Assembly (NCBI GenBank): GCA_963803145.1
Contig: CAWDLW010000051.1
Span: forward strand, 1-44,897
Reading direction: 5' to 3'
DNA from: Methanotrichaceae archaeon
Lineage (GTDB): Archaea > Halobacteriota > Methanosarcinia > Methanotrichales > Methanotrichaceae
DNA: 44,897 bases
A program made the translations under genes and the position numbers. The first letter of the stretch is position 1. Each line of letters begins with the position of its first letter. Positions 19,371-29,636 of this stretch are shown here, piece by piece. The notes under the pieces are model-generated. The model saw only the letters and a list, made by a program, of their open reading frames with translations, was not told the DNA's origin and did not search any database.

Positions 19371-20129
19371 ATGGATATCTTTTCCGTTTCAGCTGAGACC
19401 ATGATCGAGCCATTTGCCTTTGCCTTCCTGATCATCTTAGTCGCCATGTTTATCAGGGCCCTGACTGGCTTTGGGTCTGCTCTGATCGCTATTCCTCTTC
19501 TCTCCATTCTCTTTGGAGCGAAGTATGCCATTCCGTTCATACTGCTCTATGAATGTCTGATTGATATCATGATACTGGGCAGGGATGGTTTGAAGCTGAA
19601 GAACGATATCAATCGGGCCTGGCCATTTCTGATAACGGGATTAATAGGTATACCTCTGGGGACGGAAGTTCTGATCCTATCCAGCGAGAGGCTCTTGAAG
19701 ATTGTGATAGGCACGGCACTCATCATTTTCTCAGTGCTGCTTTTATGGAACGTGAACCTGAAGTTCAAAAGAGATAGGTTTGGAACTGCAACGGTTGGCC
19801 TTTTAGGAGGTTTTCTCTGCGGCAGCATAGGGATGCCAGGACCTCCCATGGCTCTGCTTTTGAGTAGCCAGGGAGCTACGAAAGATGAGTTCAGAAGGCT
19901 TATAGTGATCTTTCTTACTGTAGTCGATTTTTTGACTTTCTTTTATTTCCTATGGATGGGTTTGATAAATGCGGATATGCTCCTGCAGAGTTTGAAGTTG
20001 CTGCCTTCTCTGGCGCTAGGGTTCCTGGCAGGAAACTTTGCTTTCGGCAAGGTCGATGAGGTCACCTTCAGAAGGCTGACCTTGGGGATTACCTTCATAG
20101 CAGGATTGTTGCTTATTTCAGTGCGCTAA
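19371..20129 (+). CDS. TauE/SafE (TSUP) sulfite-exporter family protein
   Basis: About 8 TM segments; ALTGFGSALIAIP and GSIGMPGPP motifs. Confidence 0.9.
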   Translation: MDIFSVSAETMIEPFAFAFLIILVAMFIRALTGFGSALIAIPLLSILFGAKYAIPFILLYECLIDIMILGRDGLKLKNDINRAWPFLITGLIGIPLGTEVLILSSERLLKIVIGTALIIFSVLLLWNVNLKFKRDRFGTATVGLLGGFLCGSIGMPGPPMALLLSSQGATKDEFRRLIVIFLTVVDFLTFFYFLWMGLINADMLLQSLKLLPSLALGFLAGNFAFGKVDEVTFRRLTLGITFIAGLLLISVR

Positions 20130-20236
20130 AATATATTATAACCAATACAACGAACTTCTCAGCCAATGTTCGGGCAAAATATTATCTTATAATTCACTAT
20201 GATACAGGTAAAGCTGATACATGTAAAGCCCACATC

Positions 20237-20914
20237 TTAGATCAGCGGGACTGAATCGGGTATGCTACTGAGAGTCAACGCCAAGAAATCGTCGCCCTTA
20301 AATCGGTCATACAGCTCTCCAAACAACTGGATGACTAAGTTCCTCACCATCTCACCAGTCAGATGATCAGCATCCTCCCTGGAAAAGAGCATCAATATCA
20401 ACTCCACAGGCTCAGTGCCTTGAAAGGGTGGAAGAACATATCTCACGCCCCGTAGCTCTTTCATGCCCAGGCTTTTATAGAATTCCAGCCGCTTTATTTT
20501 TGTCTCGTCCTTATCCAAATACGGATTTTCGATCTCGATGAGGAAGAAATTGGGCTGGACCTCCTCCGTTTTGTCGAGAATGTGCCTCAAGAACGCCCTG
20601 CCCATTCCTGTGCTCCTGTACTCCTTGGCTGTTGCCAGATAATCAACAAGTACGAAAGGCGTGCCCTTTAAAGGATAGAGCAACGACATCAGGACGATCT
20701 CGTTCCCTCTTTTGCCGATCATCAAGTGACTTCTGCCGCTCTTTATCATCTCTTTAATTGAAACTATGGGACGCCGCTCATTCTCCGGAAACGATTCAAC
20801 ATAAATCCTAATGGCTTCTTCGAATTCGATAGAAGACGTATCTGCGATCTTATAGAAATTCACAGAAAAGCATTCGTAAGCTAAATTAAGTAGTTCTCTA
20901 TTCGCTCGCGACAT
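20237..20914 (-). CDS. GNAT family N-acetyltransferase
   Basis: IYVESFPENER, DYLAT..EYRSTGMG, KRLEFY and YVLPP motifs; start uncertain, upstream ORF extension overlaps the cysS remnant. Confidence 0.85.
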   Translation of the reverse strand: MSRANRELLNLAYECFSVNFYKIADTSSIEFEEAIRIYVESFPENERRPIVSIKEMIKSGRSHLMIGKRGNEIVLMSLLYPLKGTPFVLVDYLATAKEYRSTGMGRAFLRHILDKTEEVQPNFFLIEIENPYLDKDETKIKRLEFYKSLGMKELRGVRYVLPPFQGTEPVELILMLFSREDADHLTGEMVRNLVIQLFGELYDRFKGDDFLALTLSSIPDSVPLI

Positions 20915-21081
20915 TTGATCCTTCAACCCATTTATCTCCTTGAATTGAGGTTGACGATGAAAGTACATTATACCCCAGGTTTGGGCAATTGGCAAAGTTA
21001 GATTGAATAGAGTTACGAAGGGATTAGACGCTACCGTGCTGGTAAAGCTCGAATCCTTCAATACACAAAAACCGCGTAAAT

Positions 21082-21834
21082 ATGTTTGTTTGCGGTCCAA
21101 CGGTCTACGACGACTCTCACATAGGCCATGCAAGAACCTATATCGCCTTCGATACGGTAGCACGCTATCTCAAGTATAAGGGATTCAGCGTTTTTTATCT
21201 TCAGAATATAACAGATGTGGATGATAAGATCGTCAATAGAGCCGCTGAGCTTAGCGTCTCTCCTACAGACCTTGCACAGAAATATGAGCGAAGATACCTT
21301 AAGGACATGCATGCGCTCGGCGTAGAGAACGTTAACCTTTATGCATGCGCCACAGATCACATACCTGAAATCATAGATCAGATAAAGGCGCTAGTAGAAA
21401 AGGGATTTGCATACGAGACAGAGACGGGCGTTTATTTCGACGAGTCTAAGCTGGAGGATTTCGGAAAGCTATCGCACCAGACAGCCGAAGACCTGGAGCG
21501 GCATAGAATAGAGCCCGACCCCACAAAGAGAAATCCTGTCGATATTCTCTCTCTGGAAAAACGGGAGGACAGCGTTGATGTTACCTGGGATTCGCCCTGG
21601 GGCAGAGGGCGTCCAGGCTGGCATATAGAAGATACAGCAATCACAGAGACCTATTTCGGCCATCAATACGATATCCACGGCGGCGCTATGGATCTGATTT
21701 TTCCACATCATGAAGCTGAGATCGCTCAGATGGAATCAGCTTCAGGGAAAAAGCCGATGGTGCGATACTGGATGCATACAGGATTTCTGAGGGATATGGG
21801 AATCATCCTGGAAGATTCGAAAATCAAAAGCTGA
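21082..21834 (+). pseudogene. cysS: Truncated second cysteinyl-tRNA synthetase copy
   Basis: Very similar to the 11743 copy up to WMHTGFL, then jumps to the terminal ILED motif (KMSKS and most of the anticodon domain deleted); N-terminus eroded; local compensated frameshift at GDFSLWK. Confidence 0.85.
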
Positions 21835-22032
21835 TATGCAGCTCAAAATGCATGAAGTGGTCAATAACAGTAGATCTCTACTTCATATTTATCACAGATA
21901 TTCATAATGTTTTCTGAAATCTTTACCTTTTATCCCAATTGATGCTTCTTAAAAGTTAGAAATACTCAAATATTGCCGCCATAAAAAGCCTTATATTGTT
22001 CTATATTAGATCAATAATTGGTGAACTAAAAA

Positions 22033-22312
22033 ATGAGGGATCGCCTTTGCACCACTCGAGGATGAGAGTCCTCACCTGAAGATAGAGCGGCTACCGCCGT
22101 CGGCAAAGCTTGTTTTGAAGGTGCTTGAATCAGGCAGCCTTCTGACGCAGAAGGATATAATAAGTAAGACATATCTTCCTGCCAGAACCGTTAGATATGC
22201 GCTAAGCAGACTTAAGGAGGAGAATCTCCTGGAAGAGCGCTTCTACTTCCAAGATGCGCGCCAGAGCCTCTATGGGCTGAATGCTCAGACCGAGGAGGTG
22301 GTAATCGGATAA
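22033..22312 (+). CDS. wHTH transcription regulator (LPPSAKLV...TQK...RTVRYAL...DARQ family), split across frames near the start
   Basis: HTH frame is open from 22037, but its first ATG/GTG/TTG (22115) is inside the conserved domain; ATG 22033 opens an out-of-frame 10-aa ORF MRDRLCTTRG. Confidence 0.75.
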
Positions 22313-22362
22313 TCCTTTTGGTTTATCCGTGCGCTTTTCCAGAAGAATTGATGGAGATTAAA

Positions 22363-22662
22363 ATGCTTCCTATTAAATTGCAGCTTAAAAGAAAGCAAGC
22401 AGATGGCTATGTAATACCACTTGGGCCAGTTAATCTGGTCAATGTAGTTACGGATGTAGGAATGGTGGGTTGTGGGGCCTTTGATGTAGCAGCCTTGAAT
22501 AACTTCGGCTATCCTGCAGCCAAGGTCAGACCTTCTAAGGGTAACTCGATTGCTACTATCGATGATCTTTTGGATGGAATTGTCAAAGAGGTGAACCCAG
22601 CAGCAGAAAAGCTGGGTTTGAAAGTTGGCATGGCTGGCAGGGAGGCGCTCGACCTGCTTTAA
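22363..22662 (+). CDS. YunC/DUF1805 family protein
   Basis: GMVGCGAFDVAAL, TIDDLL and LGLKVGMAGREAL motifs; GGAG RBS before ATG 22363. Confidence 0.88.
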   Translation: MLPIKLQLKRKQADGYVIPLGPVNLVNVVTDVGMVGCGAFDVAALNNFGYPAAKVRPSKGNSIATIDDLLDGIVKEVNPAAEKLGLKVGMAGREALDLL

Positions 22663-22809
22663 TCCTTTTTTAGCCGTCTGCAATCTGAGGTAATATAGCC
22701 AATTCGTCGCCATTGGCGAGCCTTGTATCCAGGCAGTCGAGGAAACTTATGTCCTTTCTAGTTTTTATGAGAATGGATTATACGAATCCAACCATATTCG
22801 AATCCGTCC

Positions 22810-24282
22810 TCATCTGCAAGTCCCCACGAGCCTGCTTACGCCATCGCTGGTAACCATCCCTATGATCCTCTGGCCATCATCCACGACAGGAAGGGCAGAT
22901 ATATTGTACTTAGTCATTCTTTTGGCGGCGCCTTCGATGGGATCATCCGACTTTGATGTGATCACATCGCGTGTCATTATCTCCTCCAGGAGAGTGTACT
23001 TCAGAGCAACGGCCTTTGAGACATCCCAGGCGGTAACTATGCCCTCCAGCCGTCCATCCTCTGAGATAACAGGCAGGTGAGTAACTCCCTCATTCATCAT
23101 GATCATGGCGGCATCCTCGACACTTGAACCTTGCCTTATGGTTACAACCTCTTTGATCATAACGTCTCCAACGGATGTGTGTGAGAGAAAGTTGCCTATG
23201 GTGTAGTTCATCTGACCCGATTCTAGAAGAAACGCATCATGGCCGTAGTTCGATTTTATCTCGCAGTATCTGGCATCAACATCATTTGCAGTCAGCGCTT
23301 CAACGATCTCTTTGGACTGGTATGAGGGGTATAGCCAGTCCGAGCTTATGGATAGCACTAGGAACTTGGCCGTCACATTCCTAAAGGCTTCGGCCAGGGT
23401 GCCATCCTTTGCAAGATCGAAGTAATCTACCGCCTTGGTAATATAGAGGTATGAGTTGGCATCGAACCTCTTTACGAAGGTATCTCCATGGTAACGTAAG
23501 TAGCTCTCCACCTGGAAGTCTAGACCAAAGTTGAAGCCGTACTCGCTTCTATCCTGAAGTCGTCGACCGAACTTCTGGTGCATTGATTCATCGCTAAGAT
23601 ATGTGATATGTCCGATCATCCTCGCCAGAGAGAGGCCTCTCGCAGGTGCAGTCTTTCCGTAGTAATCCCCTTCGATCCAGTCGGGATCGGAGGTGATCGC
23701 ACGTCTACCCACCTCATTGAAGGCTATCTGCTGAGGCGATGAATAGGCACTCGTAGCTATCGGAACTACTAACCTGACGGCGTCCGGGTAGGAGACACAC
23801 CACTGAAGAACTTGCATGCCTCCAAAGGAGCCGCCTATAATGGCAAAGAGCCTTTTAATTCCCAGAAAATCGATCAGCCTTTTCTGAACATCTACAATAT
23901 CCTTGACTGTGATTACCGGGAAATCCAGACCATAAGGCTTCCCTGTCTTTGGACTAACGGAGGATGGGCCCGTCGTGCCTTTGCATCCTCCGAGAACATT
24001 TGAGCAGATTACAAAATATTTATCGGTATCCAATGCCTTTCCAGGACCGATAACAATGTCCCACCAGCCTGGTTTCTCCTCGCCTTTATGCCAACCGGCT
24101 GCATGGGCGTCTCCTGATAGGGCATGGCATATCAGCACGGCATTGCTCTTCTCATTATTCAGCTTGCCATATGTCTCATAGGCGATTTCGACGTCATTTA
24201 GCCGATCGCCATGCTCAAGGACGATCTCCTCCGGAATGTTGAAGCATCGAGTCTCGACTAAGCCGACAGATTCCCGCTTCAT
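22810..24282 (-). CDS. metX: Homoserine O-acetyltransferase with C-terminal CBS pair
   Basis: CHALSG, GGSFGG, RFDANSY and GHDAFL motifs, followed by two CBS domains. Confidence 0.95.
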   Translation of the reverse strand: MKRESVGLVETRCFNIPEEIVLEHGDRLNDVEIAYETYGKLNNEKSNAVLICHALSGDAHAAGWHKGEEKPGWWDIVIGPGKALDTDKYFVICSNVLGGCKGTTGPSSVSPKTGKPYGLDFPVITVKDIVDVQKRLIDFLGIKRLFAIIGGSFGGMQVLQWCVSYPDAVRLVVPIATSAYSSPQQIAFNEVGRRAITSDPDWIEGDYYGKTAPARGLSLARMIGHITYLSDESMHQKFGRRLQDRSEYGFNFGLDFQVESYLRYHGDTFVKRFDANSYLYITKAVDYFDLAKDGTLAEAFRNVTAKFLVLSISSDWLYPSYQSKEIVEALTANDVDARYCEIKSNYGHDAFLLESGQMNYTIGNFLSHTSVGDVMIKEVVTIRQGSSVEDAAMIMMNEGVTHLPVISEDGRLEGIVTAWDVSKAVALKYTLLEEIMTRDVITSKSDDPIEGAAKRMTKYNISALPVVDDGQRIIGMVTSDGVSRLVGTCR

Positions 24283-25598
24283 TTCACAGCCCTGGCCAGC
24301 GCCTGATCTAGATCTGCGACAATATCCTCTACATCCTCAATGCCTATCGAGAGCCTTATGAAATCTGGTGTGACGCCTGTAGCCGCTTGCTCAACGGGTG
24401 TAAGCTGCTGATGTGTTGTGGATGCTGGGTGGATCACAAGGCTCTTCGAATCGCCGATGTTTGCCAGATGCGAAAAGAGCTCCACCGATTCGATGAACCT
24501 CTTGCCTGATGCAAGGCCGCCCTTTATGCCGAATCCAATGAGAGCACCATAGCCGCCTTTCATGTACTTCTTTGCAAGTGTATGGCTGGGATGATCTTCC
24601 AAGCCGGGGTAGTTTACCCAAGCCACAGCTGGATGCGCCTTAAGGTATTCTGCAACCTTAAGGGCATTCTCCGAGTGCTTCTTCATGCGTATGCCTAAAG
24701 TCTCCAAGCCCTGCAGGAAGAGAAAGGCATTGAAGGGACTGAGGCATGGCCCCAGGTCACGAAGCAGCTGCACTCGTACCTTGAATATAAATGCAACATT
24801 TCCCATGCCGGGAAAGTTGCCGAAGGTATCCCAGTACTTCAGGCCATGATAGCTCGGATCGGGCTCCGTAAACTCGGGGAATTTGCCGCTCGACCAATCG
24901 AACCTGCCGGAATCTATTATGACTCCGCCAATCGAATTTCCGTGACCGTCTATGAACTTTGTAGCAGATTCTGCAATTATATCCGCACCATGATCTAACG
25001 GCTTCACCAAGCCGACCGCCGATGTATTATCGACCACTAGTGGAACTCCGGCATCATGTGCGATCTCAGCCAGCGCCTCAAAATCAGGAACATCCAGCTT
25101 GGGGTTGCCGAGAGTCTCTGCATAGATGGCTCTTGTTTTATCAGTGATGGCCTTCCTGAACCCTTCAGGATTTGTCGAGTCCACAAAGTTCACCCTTCGC
25201 CCGAGCTTCGGGAATGTGTAATGAAAGAGCTCGTAGGTTCCACCGTAGAGATTGTTGGCCGAGACAATATCATCTCCCAGCTGGCTGATACCCAGCAGCG
25301 CTAGCGAGATAGCCGATTGGCCAGAGGATACGGCCAAAGCACCTGTGCCGCCTTCTATGGCGGCGATACGCCTCTCGAAGGCATCATTGGTAGGATTCAT
25401 TATCCGCGAGTAGATATTGCCAAGCTCCTTCAGTGCAAAGAGATTGGCTGCATGATCTGTGCTCTTGAAGACATAAGATGTAGTTTGATAGATTGGAACT
25501 GCTCTTGAACCCGTTGCCGGATCGGGACTTTCCTGTCCTGCATGGACTGCAAGGGTATTCAGCCCATATTTCTTTTTGTTCAAATTCTCTTGGCTCAT
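24279..25598 (-). CDS. metY: O-acetylhomoserine aminocarboxypropyltransferase (sulfhydrylase)
   Basis: [24 protein letters not shown] lysine and HPASTTHQQ motifs. Confidence 0.95.
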   Translation of the reverse strand: MSQENLNKKKYGLNTLAVHAGQESPDPATGSRAVPIYQTTSYVFKSTDHAANLFALKELGNIYSRIMNPTNDAFERRIAAIEGGTGALAVSSGQSAISLALLGISQLGDDIVSANNLYGGTYELFHYTFPKLGRRVNFVDSTNPEGFRKAITDKTRAIYAETLGNPKLDVPDFEALAEIAHDAGVPLVVDNTSAVGLVKPLDHGADIIAESATKFIDGHGNSIGGVIIDSGRFDWSSGKFPEFTEPDPSYHGLKYWDTFGNFPGMGNVAFIFKVRVQLLRDLGPCLSPFNAFLFLQGLETLGIRMKKHSENALKVAEYLKAHPAVAWVNYPGLEDHPSHTLAKKYMKGGYGALIGFGIKGGLASGKRFIESVELFSHLANIGDSKSLVIHPASTTHQQLTPVEQAATGVTPDFIRLSIGIEDVEDIVADLDQALARAVK

Positions 25599-25605
25599 GT
25601 TGCCT

Positions 25606-26979
25606 CTAATTTACATTTAATCCATATTTTTCGGCGATCTCGATGAACGATTCGGAAGTGTATTTTATCTGGTCCCACGTGAGGCCGTAGGTATTCAGCT
25701 TCCAGGTGCGAGTGGCTCCTGCAAACTCACCAGCGATTCCTCGATCCTTCAGCTCATCACTGAAGAAGAAACCTCGTCTCTTATGTGTTTTAGCAACTAC
25801 ATCGAAGCTGCCGGTTGTATCCACCTTTGTGAGGGTATGCTTCCTTGGCCACTCGCTCAGGACCTTGGAGCCCTGAATTCTCAGGAACTGCTCAAGGAAG
25901 TAGTTTGATTTGCTGACCTCCTCATCCCAGTGCTTTGTCCTTTCCAGCACCGTTGGGAAGGATGCAATCATGGAGATCAATGTGCCTCCCATGAGCGTGC
26001 AGCCCATGTTCTCCACTTCCTTGATGCCGAACTTGCGCTTTGTCAGATCTCCAACCATCTGGGTTGTTCTGAAGATCTTCGAGGCCCATTCGTCTGTTGT
26101 TGCAAGCACTCCCGAAGGCGCAACTGATGCCATGCTTTTATGTGCCGATCCGACTATGAAATCGGCGCCTATTTTTTTACCATCCACTGGCCTTACGCCG
26201 ACCGCATAGGCTCCATTGCAGAGAAACGGCACATCATATTGCTTTGCGACCTGGGCAATGCCGCAGACGTCATGCTCATTTGCAAACTGATAATCGTAGT
26301 AATCGATCATTATGAGCTTGGGAAGGCTGCCTGTCTCCTTATGCACATTCTCGATCTTCTCTGCAACTGCATCAGCTGTTATAATATTGCGATTATTCAA
26401 AGGGACCTCCATAACTCTGCCGCCCGCAACCTCGACCGCCAGGAACTCAGTATAGTGAGCCAGCGATGAGACTATCACGCTGTCGCCCTTCTCAACTAGC
26501 GATTGAGTGACTGCCTGAAAGCCGCGCCGGGCACCTGGAACAACCCGTGCCTGATCCATGTTGACAAATTTGGCGAGCTCCTGGTGAAACTCCTCAATTG
26601 GCGGCCTGGTTATCTTGTCCAGACGGAAGGGCTTTCTGCAGTAATCGCAGGTGGAGTAGCCATCACCATAGGAGATTATGGCCTTGCGCGCCTCAGGCGT
26701 GAGCCTGCCAGCAGCCTGGATAGGATGGATATTTATGAACTCCTCCTCACGAGTTCTTGGATCAAGCTTGCCGCCGATTTTATTGCAGGATGGCTTTCCG
26801 TCGCCATTCTCAATGCCATCAATGGCTATTTTTATCCTCGAAATTGTGCTCGAGAGCCGCTCCTGCTCAGCTTCGCTAAGCCCGGTTGGCAGCGATTGCC
26901 TGAAGATCTCTCTTAGATCCTCTAGCCCGAAGAGCGCCTCATAGGTTTTCTGAATTTGCAGTCTCTTTTTCAACTCCAA
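25606..26979 (-). CDS. pscS: Sep-tRNA:Cys-tRNA synthase with N-terminal helical extension
   Basis: [27 protein letters not shown] lysine and LGCT-like MGCT; TTG start at 26979 with GGAGG RBS. Confidence 0.93.
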   Translation of the reverse strand: MELKKRLQIQKTYEALFGLEDLREIFRQSLPTGLSEAEQERLSSTISRIKIAIDGIENGDGKPSCNKIGGKLDPRTREEEFINIHPIQAAGRLTPEARKAIISYGDGYSTCDYCRKPFRLDKITRPPIEEFHQELAKFVNMDQARVVPGARRGFQAVTQSLVEKGDSVIVSSLAHYTEFLAVEVAGGRVMEVPLNNRNIITADAVAEKIENVHKETGSLPKLIMIDYYDYQFANEHDVCGIAQVAKQYDVPFLCNGAYAVGVRPVDGKKIGADFIVGSAHKSMASVAPSGVLATTDEWASKIFRTTQMVGDLTKRKFGIKEVENMGCTLMGGTLISMIASFPTVLERTKHWDEEVSKSNYFLEQFLRIQGSKVLSEWPRKHTLTKVDTTGSFDVVAKTHKRRGFFFSDELKDRGIAGEFAGATRTWKLNTYGLTWDQIKYTSESFIEIAEKYGLNVN

Positions 26980-27042
26980 TTTACGGCCTCCAAAGCCCCA
27001 ATAGGCATCGAATATTTTATTAGCAGATGCAACAGGGGCTGA

Positions 27043-27086
27043 GTTCACGGTTGTGAACATCAGATAACAATTGTTATGTATATAAA
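27043..27086 (-). promoter_or_regulatory. pscS-metY-metX promoter: TATA box plus tandem palindromes
   Basis: TTTATATA on the minus strand, then ATAACAATTGTTAT (27064-27077) and GTTCACGGTTGTGAAC (27043-27058). Confidence 0.75.
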
Positions 27087-27687
27087 TATTTCGACTTTGG
27101 GTTCTGTAAAGTTGGCGGTTGTTTAGCGATTCCAAAGAATCTGTCAAAACTCGGTTGTTAGAAGGAGATTCAAACACCCTCAAATTTTTATTGATCCATA
27201 TTCAATTCATATTTAACCCTCGAAAGTTTTGGTATTCTAAGACTTGAAATAAGTTTAATAAAGAACTTCTACTGTTGGTGCATTCTTTATCGTTCATTTC
27301 GAATGTTAAATCCAACCTTTACAAATTGTGCATATTTACCATTTTATAGTAGCAAGGTATTTATATCCACGATGAATATATGCGATTTAATTGACATATA
27401 ACATACATTATGGCGACAAAGGCAGAGAAAAATAAACTAAATTAGAAATGAAGGAGTCCTCAGCTCCGACATTCCCAAGCAAAGCAAGCACAACCCCTAG
27501 CATTACCGGAGGTTATCAATGATGATAAGTAACTTCAAGCAATATAAACCTTTTGCATTGAAAGAGACGCTAGTAAAGCATACAAATAAAGTACTCCATC
27601 GCTTTGAGTTGAACTATTCTCAAACCCGTTTTTACAATGATCTGGTATCGCCTTTGCGAACAAGTTTCTCCTATAAGGAGGGTCAAA

Positions 27688-27774
27688 ATGATCGAAGAAT
27701 TTATTTTCGCGCTCTTGGCAGCGTTAATACTCGATCTAATAAGGCGCATGTCAAGAAATATCGTAAAACTATAG
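27688..27774 (+). CDS. 28-aa hydrophobic peptide, type I toxin-like (MIEEFIFALLAALILDLIRRMSRNIVKL)
   Basis: Hand-translated; AAGGAGGGT RBS; one hydrophobic helix plus basic tail; hairpin downstream. Confidence 0.6.
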   Translation: MIEEFIFALLAALILDLIRRMSRNIVKL

Positions 27775-27785
27775 CAAAGGAGCAA

Positions 27786-27827
27786 GCGGGGCAGGTATGG
27801 GCATACTTTTGCCCCGCAAGCCTTTTT
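27786..27827. terminator. GC-rich hairpin with T tract between convergent small genes
   Basis: GCGGGGCA...TGCCCCGC followed by AAGCCTTTTT. Confidence 0.6.
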
Positions 27828-27904
27828 ATTTCCCTTTATTCTCCTCCACAATCGCAAGATTTGATAACAGCTAAAGGGATTAGTATGTATAGATATAGTA
27901 CTAT

Positions 27905-28048
27905 TCAAGCCTTTTGGTCTATCCAAAATCGAAGGGCTTGCTCGATGGCTATTTTCATGTTACCTTTCTTCATTCCAAGCTTTCTAGCTACGGCTTCGCG
28001 AAATTCAGCATCTAACTTGTCATCTATTACTAAGCTGATTTGCCCCAT
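27905..28048 (-). CDS. 47-aa ribbon-helix-helix protein
   Basis: Hand-translated MGQISLVIDDKLDAEFREAVARKLGMKKGNMKIAIEQALRFWIDQKA; divergent from the transposase. Confidence 0.8.
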   Translation of the reverse strand: MGQISLVIDDKLDAEFREAVARKLGMKKGNMKIAIEQALRFWIDQKA

Positions 28049-28067
28049 CAATATCTGTAATGCTAGT

Positions 28068-28141
28068 TATCTAGATATAAAGTTATCGCTTTATCTAGAT
28101 AACCATAAACTATATATCTAGATAACTAGTTATCTAGATAT
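28068..28141. promoter_or_regulatory. Four TATCTAGATA palindromes (likely RHH operators)
   Basis: Copies at 28068, 28092, 28115 and 28131; the last two form a perfect 28-bp palindrome (28114-28141). Confidence 0.75.
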
Positions 28142-28142
28142 C

Positions 28143-29282
28143 ATGGGAAAGGAGAATTTGATTGCGATGAAAGACGTTAGAGAGGAAAAAGGTAAACAAA
28201 TTGTAGATCAAGATCACATATTCCAAGTCACTACTACCTCTTTCGTTGTAAAATCGCAATCAAGCCCTAGATTCTATAATGTCGATAAGACTTCTATAGG
28301 CTGGAAATGCAATTGCCCCGATCATAAGTTCAGAGGTTCAAAGTGCAAACATATTTGGGCAGCGCAATTATGCTCAGGAATTAAAGAGCAGGCAAAGCGA
28401 AACATTGTATTAGAGCCAGTGAAAATTTCAGATTGCCCCTATTGCCATTCGCAGAACATCAAAAAGTATGGTGCTAGACATAACAAAGATGGGGATCTTC
28501 AGAGGTTTGCCTGTAAGGATTGTGGCAGAACATTCAGCATTAACATAGGCTTTGAGCATATGAAGCACAATCCAAAAGCAATAACAGCAGCCATGCAACT
28601 TTATTTCAGTGGCGAGTCCCTACGAAGCACACAGAGATCATTGAAACTTATAGGTGTCGAAGTGTCTCATCAGACCGTTGCCAACTGGATTGCAAAGTAT
28701 ACCAGAATCATGAAGGCATACGTGGACAATATCAAGCCTGATGTAAGCTCAACTTGGCGAGCTGATGAGGTATTCCTCAAAATAAAGGGGGATCTCAAAT
28801 ATCTGTTTGCCTTGATGGACGACGAAACCCGCTACTGGATAGCTCAAGAGGTCGCAGATACCAAAGATAAACACGATGCAAGAGCCCTTTTCAGAGAGAG
28901 CAGAGAGATTGCAGGCAAAAGACCTGAGACACTAATAACCGATGGACTCCAATCATACCATGATGCCTTCAGAAAGGAATTCGCTACAAGCCGTGCCCCT
29001 CAGTCTCAACATGTTAATGCAATTCGTCTTCAAGGATCGAAAAACAATAACAAAATGGAAAGAATAAATGGCGAAATTCGAGATCGAGAGAAGACCATGA
29101 GAGGCTTAAAGACTAAAACCACCCCAATCTTACAAGGGATGCAGATCTATCATAATTACATAAGACCTCATGAGGCCCTTGATGGGAAAACACCATCTGA
29201 AGCATGTGGTATTGAGATCAGGGGAGATAATAAATGGATTACATTGATTCAGAACGCGAGTCAGAAAGTGAAAGTTAAATAG
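28143..29282 (+). CDS. IS6/IS240-like DDE transposase with N-terminal SWIM finger and Zn ribbon
   Basis: CNCPD..CKH (SWIM), CPYC..CKDC, HTH, WRADE, ITDG, NNKMER and HNYIRPH motifs. Confidence 0.92.
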   Translation: MGKENLIAMKDVREEKGKQIVDQDHIFQVTTTSFVVKSQSSPRFYNVDKTSIGWKCNCPDHKFRGSKCKHIWAAQLCSGIKEQAKRNIVLEPVKISDCPYCHSQNIKKYGARHNKDGDLQRFACKDCGRTFSINIGFEHMKHNPKAITAAMQLYFSGESLRSTQRSLKLIGVEVSHQTVANWIAKYTRIMKAYVDNIKPDVSSTWRADEVFLKIKGDLKYLFALMDDETRYWIAQEVADTKDKHDARALFRESREIAGKRPETLITDGLQSYHDAFRKEFATSRAPQSQHVNAIRLQGSKNNNKMERINGEIRDREKTMRGLKTKTTPILQGMQIYHNYIRPHEALDGKTPSEACGIEIRGDNKWITLIQNASQKVKVK

Positions 29283-29382
29283 CGAAGGTGGCAGGGATAG
29301 GAGTTGAGGAAGAGAATAAATGGATGAGATTGCTTAATAGGAGTATAAAGAGCAATAACCATTCATAACTCTCTCTTTAGTA

Positions 29383-29616
29383 TCACTTCGATGGATGCCT
29401 ATTCCTTGCACCCCTCATTTGATTCATTTCAGTTTCTAACTCGACCTGTTTTTCAGCCAAGACATGAATAGAATCGGCAAAATCTTCCAAAAGCCCTTCA
29501 ATATTGTCAATCTCCATTTTTTCGCCTTTTTCCTTTTGCGTCTTAAAGAATTGATTCCACATATCACTTCTATTCAAGACGTTTTTTATGTTTTTTATAG
29601 GAATTCTTTCTGGCAT
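29383..29616 (-). CDS. Hypothetical cargo protein
   Basis: 77-aa ORF downstream of a co-oriented 56-aa ORF. Confidence 0.5.
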   Translation of the reverse strand: MPERIPIKNIKNVLNRSDMWNQFFKTQKEKGEKMEIDNIEGLLEDFADSIHVLAEKQVELETEMNQMRGARNRHPSK

Positions 29617-29636
29617 GTTGTAGAAAGAGAGCTTAC

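Noticed and set aside
22009-22026. GATCAATAATTGGTGAAC as an operator before the frameshifted HTH
   Set aside because: Only one good half-site and the spacer is 2 nt longer; GGTGA may simply be the RBS for ATG 22033
22063-22065. UGA read-through (selenocysteine) of the 10-codon ORF
   Set aside because: Read-through stays out of the HTH frame, and no SECIS or Sec machinery is visible
27061-27183. Similar peptides NNxxLYRT...NNCY in the pscS and antiporter ORF extensions
   Set aside because: Translation artefact of the shared TIR/promoter DNA; real starts are downstream
27519-28121. 200-aa plus-strand ORF
   Set aside because: Overlaps the better-supported 28-aa peptide, terminator, antisense RHH gene and operators; its 5' part has an RBS and may be a remnant
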